DNA of 64,000 bases, from the NCBI GenBank assembly GCA_002418945.1, contig DIFC01000013.1, positions 1 to 64,000 on the forward strand. Reading direction: 5' to 3'. Within the stretch, counting starts at the first letter, position 1. Each line of letters begins with the position of its first letter. A program made the translations under genes and the position numbers. Positions 47,635 through 57,073 of the stretch are shown piece after piece. The DNA comes from Deltaproteobacteria bacterium UBA5758. GTDB lineage: Bacteria; Desulfobacterota; Syntrophorhabdia; Syntrophorhabdales; Syntrophorhabdaceae. The notes beneath the pieces were generated by a model that saw only the letters and a program-made list of their open reading frames with translations, did not search any database and was not told the DNA's origin.

Positions 47635-47686
47635 TGTATACTAACAAGTATACTTAATATTATATAGATAAATATTATTATGTCAA
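47635..47686 (-). promoter_or_regulatory. Consensus sigma70 promoter with tandem GTATAC operator candidates
   Basis: TTGACA(47686-47681)-N16-TATAAT(47664-47659), then AAGTATACTT and TAGTATACAA over the start region. Confidence 0.7.
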
Positions 47687-47836
47687 GCTTTTTTTTCACA
47701 CTCAACACAAATATTTTTTACAAAAAAGGCCGCTCTTCTGCTTCAGTTTTTTTGCGAATGAGGAAGGATAATATGAGGAAATAATATCGTACTCTAAAGT
47801 TCAAAAAGATAATTCTGTCTTTTATGATGCGCTGCG

Positions 47837-48265
47837 CTATATCATGTTTTCCCAGCCCTGGCCCCTGTCTGCCAGAGGGCGGAGCTCTGTTATCTCAAGG
47901 GACACCGCATATTTCATCATTTTTGCAGCACCTTCGTTTCCCTTTTTTATGAATGAATCTTTGATGCCGTCGAGCAGTTCACCTGAGTCCTCTATAGAAA
48001 GAGCTTTCAAATATACTCTTACCCCTTTCCACTCCGGTACAGTTTTCCCCGGCTCCAGAATTGTGTATACTGCGTATGGATTTTCTTTAAGGTTTGCCAG
48101 AGTGCGGTTTTCACCAAGCCCCACAACAACGGTTTTTTCATCCACCATACGCGGGGATCCAAGATGCGCTATGTTTGGTTTTCCATCTTTGTTCGCCGTA
48201 CCCATTACCCCTATTCTTGGTTGTTTGTTGAAGAATTCCATCAGGTCTTTAAGCGTTTTTGCCAT
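47837..48265 (-). CDS. Pyridoxamine 5'-phosphate oxidase-like FMN-binding protein
   Basis: GTANKDGKPN, RTLANLKENP, KGVRVY; RBS AAGGAGG before ATG 48265. Confidence 0.8.
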   Translation of the reverse strand: MAKTLKDLMEFFNKQPRIGVMGTANKDGKPNIAHLGSPRMVDEKTVVVGLGENRTLANLKENPYAVYTILEPGKTVPEWKGVRVYLKALSIEDSGELLDGIKDSFIKKGNEGAAKMMKYAVSLEITELRPLADRGQGWENMI

Positions 48266-48454
48266 ATATACCTCCTTATAATCGCTGCTTCGGAAATGAT
48301 ACCACCTAAAAACCATTTGGGTCAAGCATCTAGTACACCGTTTGCAACTTGCCTGCGAAATATAGTATACTCCCTTTTGTAATATACGTTTCGCTTTGCC
48401 CATGAAACGTCTATCCCGCATGAAATGAAACGAGAACGACAAAGGAGTTGAGCC

Positions 48455-49033
48455 ATGGATATTTTTGAAAATAAGGCCCCTGTCGGCAATGAAAGTGCAG
48501 CAGGCCGTGAGAGAGGGTACATAATCGTTCTAACCGGCAACGGCAAAGGCAAAACAACCTCTGCCATGGGCATGGCAATGCGGGCCCTGGGGCACGGGAC
48601 CAAGGTCATCATGCTCCAGTTCCTCAAGGGCACATGGCGATACGGCGAGCTGGAAACGGCAAAAAGGCTTGCGCCTGACTTTTCCATCCACCCCCTCGGC
48701 ACCGGATTTGTTCACGTCGACCCTGAAAACCCTGCCCCCGAAGACATAGAGACCGCACGGAAGGCATGGGAGGTCTGCAAAGAGGCTCTGTTTTCGGGAA
48801 AATACGGGATGATAATATTTGATGAAATAAATAACGCAATAGCATATGGACTTCTTCCCGTCGATGAGGTGCTGGACGCCCTCGCAAAACGCCCAAAAAA
48901 CCTGCACGTGGTGCTGACCGGAAGGGACGCCCACCCCCGTCTTGTCGAAATGGCCGACCTTGTAACAGAGGTCACAGAGGTAAAACACCCTTACCGGAAA
49001 GGTGCGGCGGCGCGCAAAGGAATAGAATACTAA
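48455..49033 (+). CDS. cobO: Cob(I)yrinic acid a,c-diamide adenosyltransferase (CobO/BtuR)
   Basis: TGNGKGKTTSA, QFLKG, DEINNA, LTGRDA, KHPY..G..ARKGIEY. Confidence 0.93.
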   Translation: MDIFENKAPVGNESAAGRERGYIIVLTGNGKGKTTSAMGMAMRALGHGTKVIMLQFLKGTWRYGELETAKRLAPDFSIHPLGTGFVHVDPENPAPEDIETARKAWEVCKEALFSGKYGMIIFDEINNAIAYGLLPVDEVLDALAKRPKNLHVVLTGRDAHPRLVEMADLVTEVTEVKHPYRKGAAARKGIEY

Positions 49034-49113
49034 TTTTAATATTTTTCTTTATTATTCTCTTTTTTTCTTTTAAAATGATGCAAAGTATGACAATGTAATG
49101 GCAAGGACGCTTT

Positions 49114-49965
49114 ATGCCCCCGAACAGCATTTTGACCTACGAGAATATCATTGGGGAGATCAAAACCATATGCAACGCCAACTACAACGACGATGACGTC
49201 GGCGTCGTCGAGCGCGTCTTCCGGGATTCCATAAATCTTTTCGAAGGCAGGACAGAAGGCTTTCTCAGATGCGACATGAAATACCACAACATCAGCCATA
49301 CCCTGCAGACAATCCCGCCTTTCATAGAGATCATTGACGGCTGGAACAGAAGCAAAAGCGACCCCTTCATCTCCAAAAAATATTACGTCCTCGGCATCAT
49401 AGCGGTCATTCTTCACGATACGGGGTATTTAAAATGCAACGACGACAGGGAAGGAACGGGCGCAAAATACACCTTTACCCATGTCCAGCGGAGCATTGAT
49501 TTTGCAGATGCGTACCTTCACGGGATTGGTCTCGACGACGACAGCATCGTCAGTGTCCAGAACGCCATCCGCTGCACCGGTGTCTTCTTCGACAACAAAG
49601 TACACTTTCATTCAGGCGAAGAAAGGGTAATCGGGTATGCCCTCGGTACCGCCGACCTTCTGGGGCAGATGGCGGCCCCGGACTACGTCGATAAGCTCCC
49701 TGCCCTCTACCTTGAATTTGAAGAGGCGTATAACTTTGAAGGACTTGAAAACCTGCAGGGCAAAGGGTCAACGCTGTTCAGCGACAGCGTCCACCTGATA
49801 GCGAACACGCCGTTCTTCTTTGAAAAAATCGTTATGGAGCGCTTTAAGATGATGGGGCCTGTTTACACCTACCTGACATACCATTACGACAGCGGCGAGA
49901 ACCCTTATATCAAAGAGATAGAAAAAAATCTTGGAAAGATAAAAAGCATCATTGCTGCACAATAA
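49114..49965 (+). CDS. HD-superfamily metal-dependent phosphohydrolase
   Basis: YHNISH, LHDTGY, HVQRS, TADLLGQMA. Confidence 0.7.
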   Translation: MPPNSILTYENIIGEIKTICNANYNDDDVGVVERVFRDSINLFEGRTEGFLRCDMKYHNISHTLQTIPPFIEIIDGWNRSKSDPFISKKYYVLGIIAVILHDTGYLKCNDDREGTGAKYTFTHVQRSIDFADAYLHGIGLDDDSIVSVQNAIRCTGVFFDNKVHFHSGEERVIGYALGTADLLGQMAAPDYVDKLPALYLEFEEAYNFEGLENLQGKGSTLFSDSVHLIANTPFFFEKIVMERFKMMGPVYTYLTYHYDSGENPYIKEIEKNLGKIKSIIAAQ

Positions 49966-49988
49966 CCGGCGCGCAGCGAAAGTCTCTG

Positions 49989-50744
49989 ATGGAAAAACCT
50001 TCAAAGAATAAATATCCTTCTGTAGCGAGCATCAGCAGCAAAGAGCACATCGGAATTGTCAAAGAGATCTTTTCTACGATAACTGAGCGTTACGATCTCC
50101 TCAATCACGTGCTAAGCATGGGGATCGATATGTACTGGCGAAGGTTTACCGCGAAGAAGATGCGCTTCTTCAAGACCTTCCGCCTCCTTGACGCTGCCAC
50201 AGGGACTGGCGACATTGCAATCTGCGCCGGCGCGACACATCCCGGTATAAGCATAACAGGCCTTGACTTCGCATGGAACATGCTCAAGGCGGGACGCCGG
50301 AAGATATCCCGCAAAGGGCACAGCCAAAAAATCGTCCTGGTGCAGGGCGACGCTATGTCCCTTCCCTTTTCCAACAATACCTTTGACGTTGTTTCAATTG
50401 CCTTTGGAATCAGGAATATACCCGACAGGGAAGCGGCCGTCAAAGAAATGATTCGCGTGCTCGTGCCAGGCGGCAGGGTCATGGTCCTTGAGATGACATT
50501 TGCGAGGCATTCCTTTTTCAGGAAGGCTATCAGGTTCTACCTGAATCGCATTCTTCCTTTTATAGCAGGAAAGATCACGGCAAATCCCGGCGCCTATCAT
50601 TACCTTGCAGATTCGATCATGAACTTTCCTTCGCCCGCTGAGTTTGCAGGGTCTCTTGAGAGGCTGGGCCTCAGAAAAGTTTCCATCTATCCCCTCACCT
50701 TTGGCATTACATGCCTCTATATAGGCCTGAAATCTGAAGGATAG
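49989..50744 (+). CDS. ubiE: UbiE/MenG quinone biosynthesis C-methyltransferase
   Basis: YDLLNHVLSMG, DAATGTGD, IAFGIRN, YHYLADSI. Confidence 0.9.
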   Translation: MEKPSKNKYPSVASISSKEHIGIVKEIFSTITERYDLLNHVLSMGIDMYWRRFTAKKMRFFKTFRLLDAATGTGDIAICAGATHPGISITGLDFAWNMLKAGRRKISRKGHSQKIVLVQGDAMSLPFSNNTFDVVSIAFGIRNIPDREAAVKEMIRVLVPGGRVMVLEMTFARHSFFRKAIRFYLNRILPFIAGKITANPGAYHYLADSIMNFPSPAEFAGSLERLGLRKVSIYPLTFGITCLYIGLKSEG

Positions 50745-50761
50745 GAATTACACTTTAAAAA

Positions 50762-52249
50762 CTAACGGCGCGATCCGCCCAATATACCTCCCAGAATACC
50801 GCGCAGGATCTGCCTACCGATCTGGCTTCCTACGGTACGTGCAGCCTGTTTGGCCAGCGTCTCTACCATACCCTGCCGGCGCCTGGTTCCCCATATCAGG
50901 TCTCCGAGCATTCCTCCGCGTTCGGACGGCTTTTCAGTATCGGCTTGATTCGAACCTGGAACGGCAGCTTCTCTTTCCAGGGTCTTCCGGCTCAGAATTT
51001 CGTAAGCCGATTCCCGGTTGACCGGTGAATCATATTTTGTGCCAACCGGACTGCGCGCGCGCACTGTATCTCGCTCTTCCTGCGTGATCGAGCCCATCCG
51101 GCAGCGCGGCGGGCAGATCAATGTGCTCTCCACCGGCATCGGTACACCTTTTTCCTGAAGCGTTGAAACAAGCGCTTCGCCTACGCCGAGTTGAGATATT
51201 ATCCCGGCGACGTCAAAGTTCTTATTCGCAACAAAGGTTTCTGCAGCCGTTTTTACCGCCTTCTGATCACGCGGCGTGTAAGCGCGAAGCGCGTGCTGGA
51301 TGCGGTTTCCCAGCTGGCCAAGGATCTCGTTCGGCACATCGTCCGGGAACTGTGAGCAGAAATACACTCCGACACCCTTGGAGCGGATGATCCGCACCAC
51401 CTGCTCCACCCGCTGGCGCAGCATCGGGGGCGCGTCGTCGAAGAGCAGGTGAGCCTCATCGAAGAAGAACACAAGCTTCGGCTTGTCGAGATCGCCCATT
51501 TCCGGCAGGTTCTCGAACAGCTCCGACAGCAGCCACAAGAGAAAGCTTGAGTACAGCCGCGGCTTTAAAATGAGCTTGTCCGCGACAAATATGTTAATAA
51601 TTCCGCGGCCGCTTAGGTCGATACGCATCAAATCGTTAAGTTCCAGCGCAGGCTCGCCGAACAGGTCTTCCCCGCCCTCCCGTTGGAGGGACAGCAAGGC
51701 CCGCTGTATGGCAGCCACTGACTGCGCGCTGACCAGCCCGTATTGCCTGGAGATCTCCTTTCTATTGTCTGCAACCAGCCCGAGCAGCGCGCGCAGATCG
51801 TCGAGGTCGAGCAAAAGCAGACCCTGGTCGTCTGCCAGCTTGAAGGCAATCTCGAGCACCCCGGTTTGAGTATCGTTGATCTCCAGGATCCTCCCCAGCA
51901 GGTTAGGGCCAATCTCGCTGATCGTGGTACGCACCCGGTGGCCGCCTTTGCCAAAGACATCCCAGAACAGCACCGGGTTCGCCTCATTTGCATATCCTTC
52001 AATGCCGATCTGGGCAACGCGCTGCAGCATCTTCTCATTGGCAATGCCGGCCATCGCCAGGCCTGCAACATCGCCTTTTACGTCAGCCATGAATACCGGC
52101 ACGCCCATACGTGAAAAACCCTCTGCCAGCACCATGAGGGAAACGGTCTTGCCGGTACCGGTAGCCCCCGCGATCAGGCCATGTCGATTGCCGTATTTGG
52201 CGAGTAATGTGACAGGCTTTTCTCCTTTGCCTATAAGTATCTTGTTCAT
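50762..52249 (-). CDS. DUF853 / YjgR HerA-like ATPase
   Basis: NRHGLIAGATGTGKT, ADVKGD, FFFDEAHLLF, IRSKGVG, QHALRAYTP. Confidence 0.9.
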   Translation of the reverse strand: MNKILIGKGEKPVTLLAKYGNRHGLIAGATGTGKTVSLMVLAEGFSRMGVPVFMADVKGDVAGLAMAGIANEKMLQRVAQIGIEGYANEANPVLFWDVFGKGGHRVRTTISEIGPNLLGRILEINDTQTGVLEIAFKLADDQGLLLLDLDDLRALLGLVADNRKEISRQYGLVSAQSVAAIQRALLSLQREGGEDLFGEPALELNDLMRIDLSGRGIINIFVADKLILKPRLYSSFLLWLLSELFENLPEMGDLDKPKLVFFFDEAHLLFDDAPPMLRQRVEQVVRIIRSKGVGVYFCSQFPDDVPNEILGQLGNRIQHALRAYTPRDQKAVKTAAETFVANKNFDVAGIISQLGVGEALVSTLQEKGVPMPVESTLICPPRCRMGSITQEERDTVRARSPVGTKYDSPVNRESAYEILSRKTLEREAAVPGSNQADTEKPSERGGMLGDLIWGTRRRQGMVETLAKQAARTVGSQIGRQILRGILGGILGGSRR

Positions 52250-52378
52250 GCGCTGCCTCCTCTCCTGCTCACTCCACGTCTTTTACAATCTTCCTCCAAA
52301 TGGATTAAAAATACAACAAAAAGCCTTTACGCCCTTCCTGAATTATACCGGCGTAGCTTTTATCAGTCTCGCATGCAT

Positions 52379-52810
52379 CTAAGAGGATAGCGTGTATGAC
52401 CGCACCACTTTCTCTGCAATACCCTTGCGCTCGTAAAAGTCAATCTTGTTCGCCTTTAGCTGGCCTTTCAGCTTATCGCCGAACTTCCCCGCAATCACTG
52501 TTTTGCAGGATTCTTTCAAAAGAAGGTTGACCACCGCAGAGCCTGAGTTGCGCCCGCTGCCCTCTCCGGGATTTTTAACGGATTTCAGAAAAACACCTTT
52601 TTCGTCAAATATGAGATAATAAGACGCCCTCCCTGCTACTGTGCTAATTTCGTTGTGTGCATCTCCACCGACCGCTGCGACGGCAATGTTGTTTGATGAT
52701 CGCGCACCTCCCTTTTCTGAATCTGACGCATAAGACAGGTCTTGCGCAAGCTGAAAAAACAGAACGGCAAATAGCACCAGCATGCAAAAGATTATTAATT
52801 TTGTTCTCAT
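52379..52810 (-). CDS. NifB/NifX-like domain protein with N-terminal signal or TM segment
   Basis: IAVAA, AGRASYYLIFD, KNP, VIAGKFG; RBS GGAG before ATG 52810. Confidence 0.7.
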   Translation of the reverse strand: MRTKLIIFCMLVLFAVLFFQLAQDLSYASDSEKGGARSSNNIAVAAVGGDAHNEISTVAGRASYYLIFDEKGVFLKSVKNPGEGSGRNSGSAVVNLLLKESCKTVIAGKFGDKLKGQLKANKIDFYERKGIAEKVVRSYTLSS

Positions 52811-53028
52811 ATTGTGCTCTCCTTTCAAGTATTTTAACACAACTGCAGGCTCCATTTCTCCAGTTTCTTCCTCGCCTCTTAGGGTAATACAGCTACGATG
52901 CCGCTTATCATATCCCCTTGCCTAAATATTTTACCCACTTCGTGCTATGCACGAAATGGGTAAAATATGACTTATACGATTCGGCAATACGTGCATCGAT
53001 TGACTAACATCAGGCCCCGTGCTATCAT

Positions 53029-56000
53029 GTGCCGGAACATCTCATGAAAAAAAACACTCCAAGGATCAAGCATAGAGCCCCTACAATGGAATTTCACGTC
53101 TCCCGGAGATCGCGGGACTTCTACCGTTTCAGCGAGGCCCTTTTTTCTCTCAGCGGCAACGTCATCTTCACGAATTTTTACGCTGCCCGCGTCTTTGCCC
53201 AGAAGATCAACGAAAAAAAAGACCTTATAAGCTTTCCTGAAGGAGCGGTCAAGGCAGGACAGCTGATCGCCATGGGACTCATTGACGAGATCCTCCACTA
53301 CGTCGCCAGTCAGTACCGGAATGATATCAACAAAAAAACAATGGCGCAGGCGCTCTCGTCGCTGAATGAAAGGCTTGGCAGGGAAAAAGTCGAGGGCGCA
53401 ATGCATCATTTTGTTGACGCCTTTCCGCCGCTTCGGGTGTACAAGAACGAGGTCGGCATCGCAGATTATCTGAACGGCAACACAGAGGGGATCCCGAACA
53501 GGCAGATCATCCTTGAGGAGATGCTTCTTCTGTGGCTTGCGAATATGAATCCGGCCTTTTCTCCGTTCTTCGAGCTTTTCGACGATGTCAGCCTGAAAAA
53601 GGAAACAGCCTATCTCCAGATCATATCAGGGCTGATAGACCATTTTCATTCAGAACCTCCGTTCGGCCCTGACTACCAGAACCTCGTCGATATGCTGAGA
53701 AGCCCTGCCCTTGCCGTCCCCCATTCCCTTTCGGGGCAGCTCGCGTACATCATGGAGCGCTGGGGTTATATCCTTCGCAAATATCTGCCGCTTATCCTCA
53801 AGAGCCTCGACCTCTTCAAGGAAGAGCAGAAGCTGCCCTTCATGGGCGCAGGGCCGTCAGAGGTTACAAGGCTTAAAGAACTTGGGCTTGAGCTCGAACC
53901 AGAACACTTCACGCCGGACAGTGAGTGGATGCCGCGTCTCGTCCTCATCGCGAAGAACATCTACGTCTGGCTCGACCAGCTTTCTAATAAATATCAGCGC
54001 CACATTACGAGGCTCGACGGGGTCCCCGACGAAGAGCTCGATACCCTGCAGAAAAGGGGCATCACCGGCCTGTGGCTCATAGGCGTCTGGGAGCGAAGCC
54101 CCGCGTCGCAGAAGATCAAGCAGCTCTGCGGCAACCCCGAGGCCGTTCCGTCTGCCTATTCCCTCTACGACTACATCATCGCCTCTGACCTCGGGGGCGA
54201 CGAAGCATTCAACAGCCTGAGGGAGCGGGCCTGGAAACGCGGCATCAGGCTGGCAAGCGACATGGTGCCCAACCACGTGGGCATCTATTCCAGATGGACG
54301 ACAGAACACCCCGACTGGTTCATCTCATTGGACCAGAACCCTTTTCCCTGGTACGCCTACGGAGGCCCAGACCTCTCCCATGACGAGCGCGTCTCCATCT
54401 TTATCGAAGACCACTACTATGAGCGCACTGACGCGGCCGTGGTCTTTAAGCGGAGAGACAGGTGGACCGGGGATGAAAAATATGTCTACCACGGCAACGA
54501 TGGGACGAGCATGCCCTGGAACGATACGGCACAGCTTAACTACCTCAACCCGGAAGTGCGTGAAGCCATGGTCAACACGATCATCGCCGTCGCAAAACGA
54601 TTCCCTATCATCCGCTTTGACGCCGCCATGACGCTCACGAAGCGCCACTACCAGCGCCTGTGGTTCCCTGAACCCGGAACGGGCGGGGCGATCCCCACGC
54701 GCGTCGAGCACGGCCTCACGAAACATCAGTTCAACTCCCTCATGCCCAATGAATTCTGGCGCGAGGTGGTGGACCGCGTTGCGCAGGAGGCGCCGGACAC
54801 GCTGCTTCTCGCCGAGGCCTTCTGGCTGCTCGAAGGCTACTTCGTGAGGACCCTGGGAATGCACAGGGTCTACAACAGCGCCTTCATGAACATGCTCCGC
54901 GACGAAGAGAATGCCAAGTACCGCCAGGTAATGAAGAACACCCTTGAGTTCGACCCGGAGATCCTGAGGCGCTTTGTCAACTTTATGAACAACCCGGACG
55001 AGAGGACCGCCGTCGACCAATTCGGCAAGGACAGCAAATATTTTGGCGTCTGCACCCTCATGATAACGCTACCGGGCCTCCCCATGTTCGGCCACGGTCA
55101 GATAGAAGGCTTTACGGAAAAGTACGGCATGGAATACAGGCGCGCATACTGGGAAGAAGAGCCTGACGGATATCTCATCGAAAGGCACGAGAGGGAGATA
55201 TTCCCGCTGCTCCATAAACGATACCTCTTCGCGGGGGTCGAACATTTCCTCCTCTACGATTTTTTCACCCCTGACGGCCATGTGAGCGAGGATGTCTTCG
55301 CCTATTCAAACCGGTACGGGAGCGAGATGTCGCTTGTCGTCTACAATAACAAGAACGCGCCTATCAGCGGCTGGATACGCACGTCTGTAAGTTTTGCCGT
55401 CAAGGGCGGCGATATGAGCCGGCCGGTCCTCGCACAGAAGACGCTCTCCGAGGGCCTCGGAGTCAGCGGAAAGCCGGAGCATTTCACCCTATTCAGAGAC
55501 CACACAACGGGCCTCCAGTATATCAGGGAAAGCAAGGGCCTCGCGGAAAAAGGCCTCTATATCGAGCTTGGCCCTTACCAGCACCACGTCTTCCTCGACA
55601 TAGCAGAGATCGAGGATAATGCATGGTCTCACTACGCCCAACTGAACACATACCTGAACGGCCTCGGTGTCCCGAACATCGACGACGCGATACGCGAGAT
55701 ATTCCTCCAGCCCATCCATCAGAGCTTCAAGGAACTCATCAACGTCCATATGCTGAAGGGGATGCTCGACGCGAAGATAGCGATCGCCCTGGAACAGATC
55801 GAAGACATACCTGTCCCGTTCTTAGATGAGATCCGTTGGAAAACAACAAACCTTGTACGGGAGATCAGACAGTTTGCCAATGGCAGCGCGGACGAGGGCC
55901 TCGTCGTGGAAAATATTATGAACGCACTGCTTGCTACGCTTCATGGACAAAAAACGCTCGACCGGATCGCAGGTACAGGCGAAGAGGACAGGAACAAGTT

Positions 56001-56577
56001 TATCGGGTTCCTGCGGACAGATTTCTTCGGCGCTGACCACCATGCCCTGTGCCAGCTCAACTGGGTCTTTGTCCGGTCTATGGGCAAAGTCATCGACGCC
56101 CATACAAACCCCGACGAACAGGGCAGGAGCTGGATCGACGAGTGGCTCCTCGGCCGCATCATGGGCGACACCTTGAAGGAGATGGGGTTTACTCCTGATG
56201 ATGCGTACCGCGGCGTAATGTCAGTAAAGATATTCACCGGCCACCAGCACTGGTTCAGCCCTGTGCAGCCGCCCAGCCCATACCAGGTTCTTACAACCTT
56301 CCTCAACGACAGCGAGGTCCAGGGTTTCCTACAGATCAACCGCTACAAGGACATACTCTGGTTCAGCAAAGACGCCTTTGGGCTCTTTCTTTCATGGATG
56401 GCATTCACCGCAATGATATCTATCGCAAGCGATCCCGCCGGAATAAAAAATCAACAGGATGACAGCCTCACAGAATGCTTCACCGTTCTCTCCGGGCTTT
56501 ACGAGGCATCAGAGAGATCCGGCTACCAGCTGGAAAATCTTTTGGAGATCGTCCGGCAAGAACATCCCGTCAAGTAG
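53029..56577 (+). CDS. Large alpha-amylase family (GH13) protein
   Basis: DMVPNH, IRFDAAM, LAEAFW, NNPDE, TLPGLP; exact start uncertain. Confidence 0.85.
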   Translation: MPEHLMKKNTPRIKHRAPTMEFHVSRRSRDFYRFSEALFSLSGNVIFTNFYAARVFAQKINEKKDLISFPEGAVKAGQLIAMGLIDEILHYVASQYRNDINKKTMAQALSSLNERLGREKVEGAMHHFVDAFPPLRVYKNEVGIADYLNGNTEGIPNRQIILEEMLLLWLANMNPAFSPFFELFDDVSLKKETAYLQIISGLIDHFHSEPPFGPDYQNLVDMLRSPALAVPHSLSGQLAYIMERWGYILRKYLPLILKSLDLFKEEQKLPFMGAGPSEVTRLKELGLELEPEHFTPDSEWMPRLVLIAKNIYVWLDQLSNKYQRHITRLDGVPDEELDTLQKRGITGLWLIGVWERSPASQKIKQLCGNPEAVPSAYSLYDYIIASDLGGDEAFNSLRERAWKRGIRLASDMVPNHVGIYSRWTTEHPDWFISLDQNPFPWYAYGGPDLSHDERVSIFIEDHYYERTDAAVVFKRRDRWTGDEKYVYHGNDGTSMPWNDTAQLNYLNPEVREAMVNTIIAVAKRFPIIRFDAAMTLTKRHYQRLWFPEPGTGGAIPTRVEHGLTKHQFNSLMPNEFWREVVDRVAQEAPDTLLLAEAFWLLEGYFVRTLGMHRVYNSAFMNMLRDEENAKYRQVMKNTLEFDPEILRRFVNFMNNPDERTAVDQFGKDSKYFGVCTLMITLPGLPMFGHGQIEGFTEKYGMEYRRAYWEEEPDGYLIERHEREIFPLLHKRYLFAGVEHFLLYDFFTPDGHVSEDVFAYSNRYGSEMSLVVYNNKNAPISGWIRTSVSFAVKGGDMSRPVLAQKTLSEGLGVSGKPEHFTLFRDHTTGLQYIRESKGLAEKGLYIELGPYQHHVFLDIAEIEDNAWSHYAQLNTYLNGLGVPNIDDAIREIFLQPIHQSFKELINVHMLKGMLDAKIAIALEQIEDIPVPFLDEIRWKTTNLVREIRQFANGSADEGLVVENIMNALLATLHGQKTLDRIAGTGEEDRNKFIGFLRTDFFGADHHALCQLNWVFVRSMGKVIDAHTNPDEQGRSWIDEWLLGRIMGDTLKEMGFTPDDAYRGVMSVKIFTGHQHWFSPVQPPSPYQVLTTFLNDSEVQGFLQINRYKDILWFSKDAFGLFLSWMAFTAMISIASDPAGIKNQQDDSLTECFTVLSGLYEASERSGYQLENLLEIVRQEHPVK

Positions 56578-56614
56578 AACAACTGTGAAGCAAAAGGTTT
56601 AAATCTTTCACCTT

Positions 56615-56827
56615 TCACATCTTACCTTTTACACTGATCTTCTTTTCTTTGCAGGGCATGTTTTTGTGGACGAGGGACCTTCTTTTCTTGCAGTAAATCG
56701 CCGCAAAGGTCCTGCAGCTTCCTGCGCCGTCTACCGCTGCCTCTTTCGGCATCGACGCGTATACGCACATGAGATCGCAGAAATCCGGCAGCGCCTGTAC
56801 AACTTTCTTATCTCTTTTCATAATCAT
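56615..56827 (-). CDS. Small Cys-rich hypothetical protein
   Basis: LPDFCDLMC...GSCRTFAAIYC...KNMPC; occupies otherwise free intergenic space. Confidence 0.55.
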   Translation of the reverse strand: MIMKRDKKVVQALPDFCDLMCVYASMPKEAAVDGAGSCRTFAAIYCKKRRSLVHKNMPCKEKKISVKGKM

Positions 56828-56967
56828 TTACCACTTAAAATAATAAAGCCATTATAACAAAATCCTCAACAAAAAAATTCAGATATCGAATGTTCAAAAC
56901 AGACGTACAAAACCGTGGGGTTAAGAATCGTTTCTTCAAATGTCAATTGTTTGATGGGGTGTTGTTC

Positions 56968-57048
56968 TCATTCCCCCCTCACCCTGACCCTCTCCCGCGA
57001 GGGGAGAGGGACATTTTTGCTATGACCCTCTTCCGCTGGGGGAGAGGG
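56968..57048. repeat. Two REP-like hairpins (modules A+B of the 22.6-kb array)
   Basis: tcattcccccctcaccctgaccctctcccgcgaggggagaggg-acatttttgctat-gaccctcttccgctgggggagaggg. Confidence 0.85.
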
Positions 57049-57073
57049 AGAACGCAGGCTGGAGATTGTCACA

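Noticed and set aside
48266..48454. Cobalamin riboswitch upstream of cobO (also sought before the mutase, tonB and radical SAM genes)
   Set aside because: No B12-box or GGGAA/ACTG core recognised by eye; an Rfam scan would be decisive
50762..52249. HerA-type anti-phage defence system
   Set aside because: Sequence fits the widespread DUF853/YjgR family, and no nuclease or Sir2 partner is adjacent
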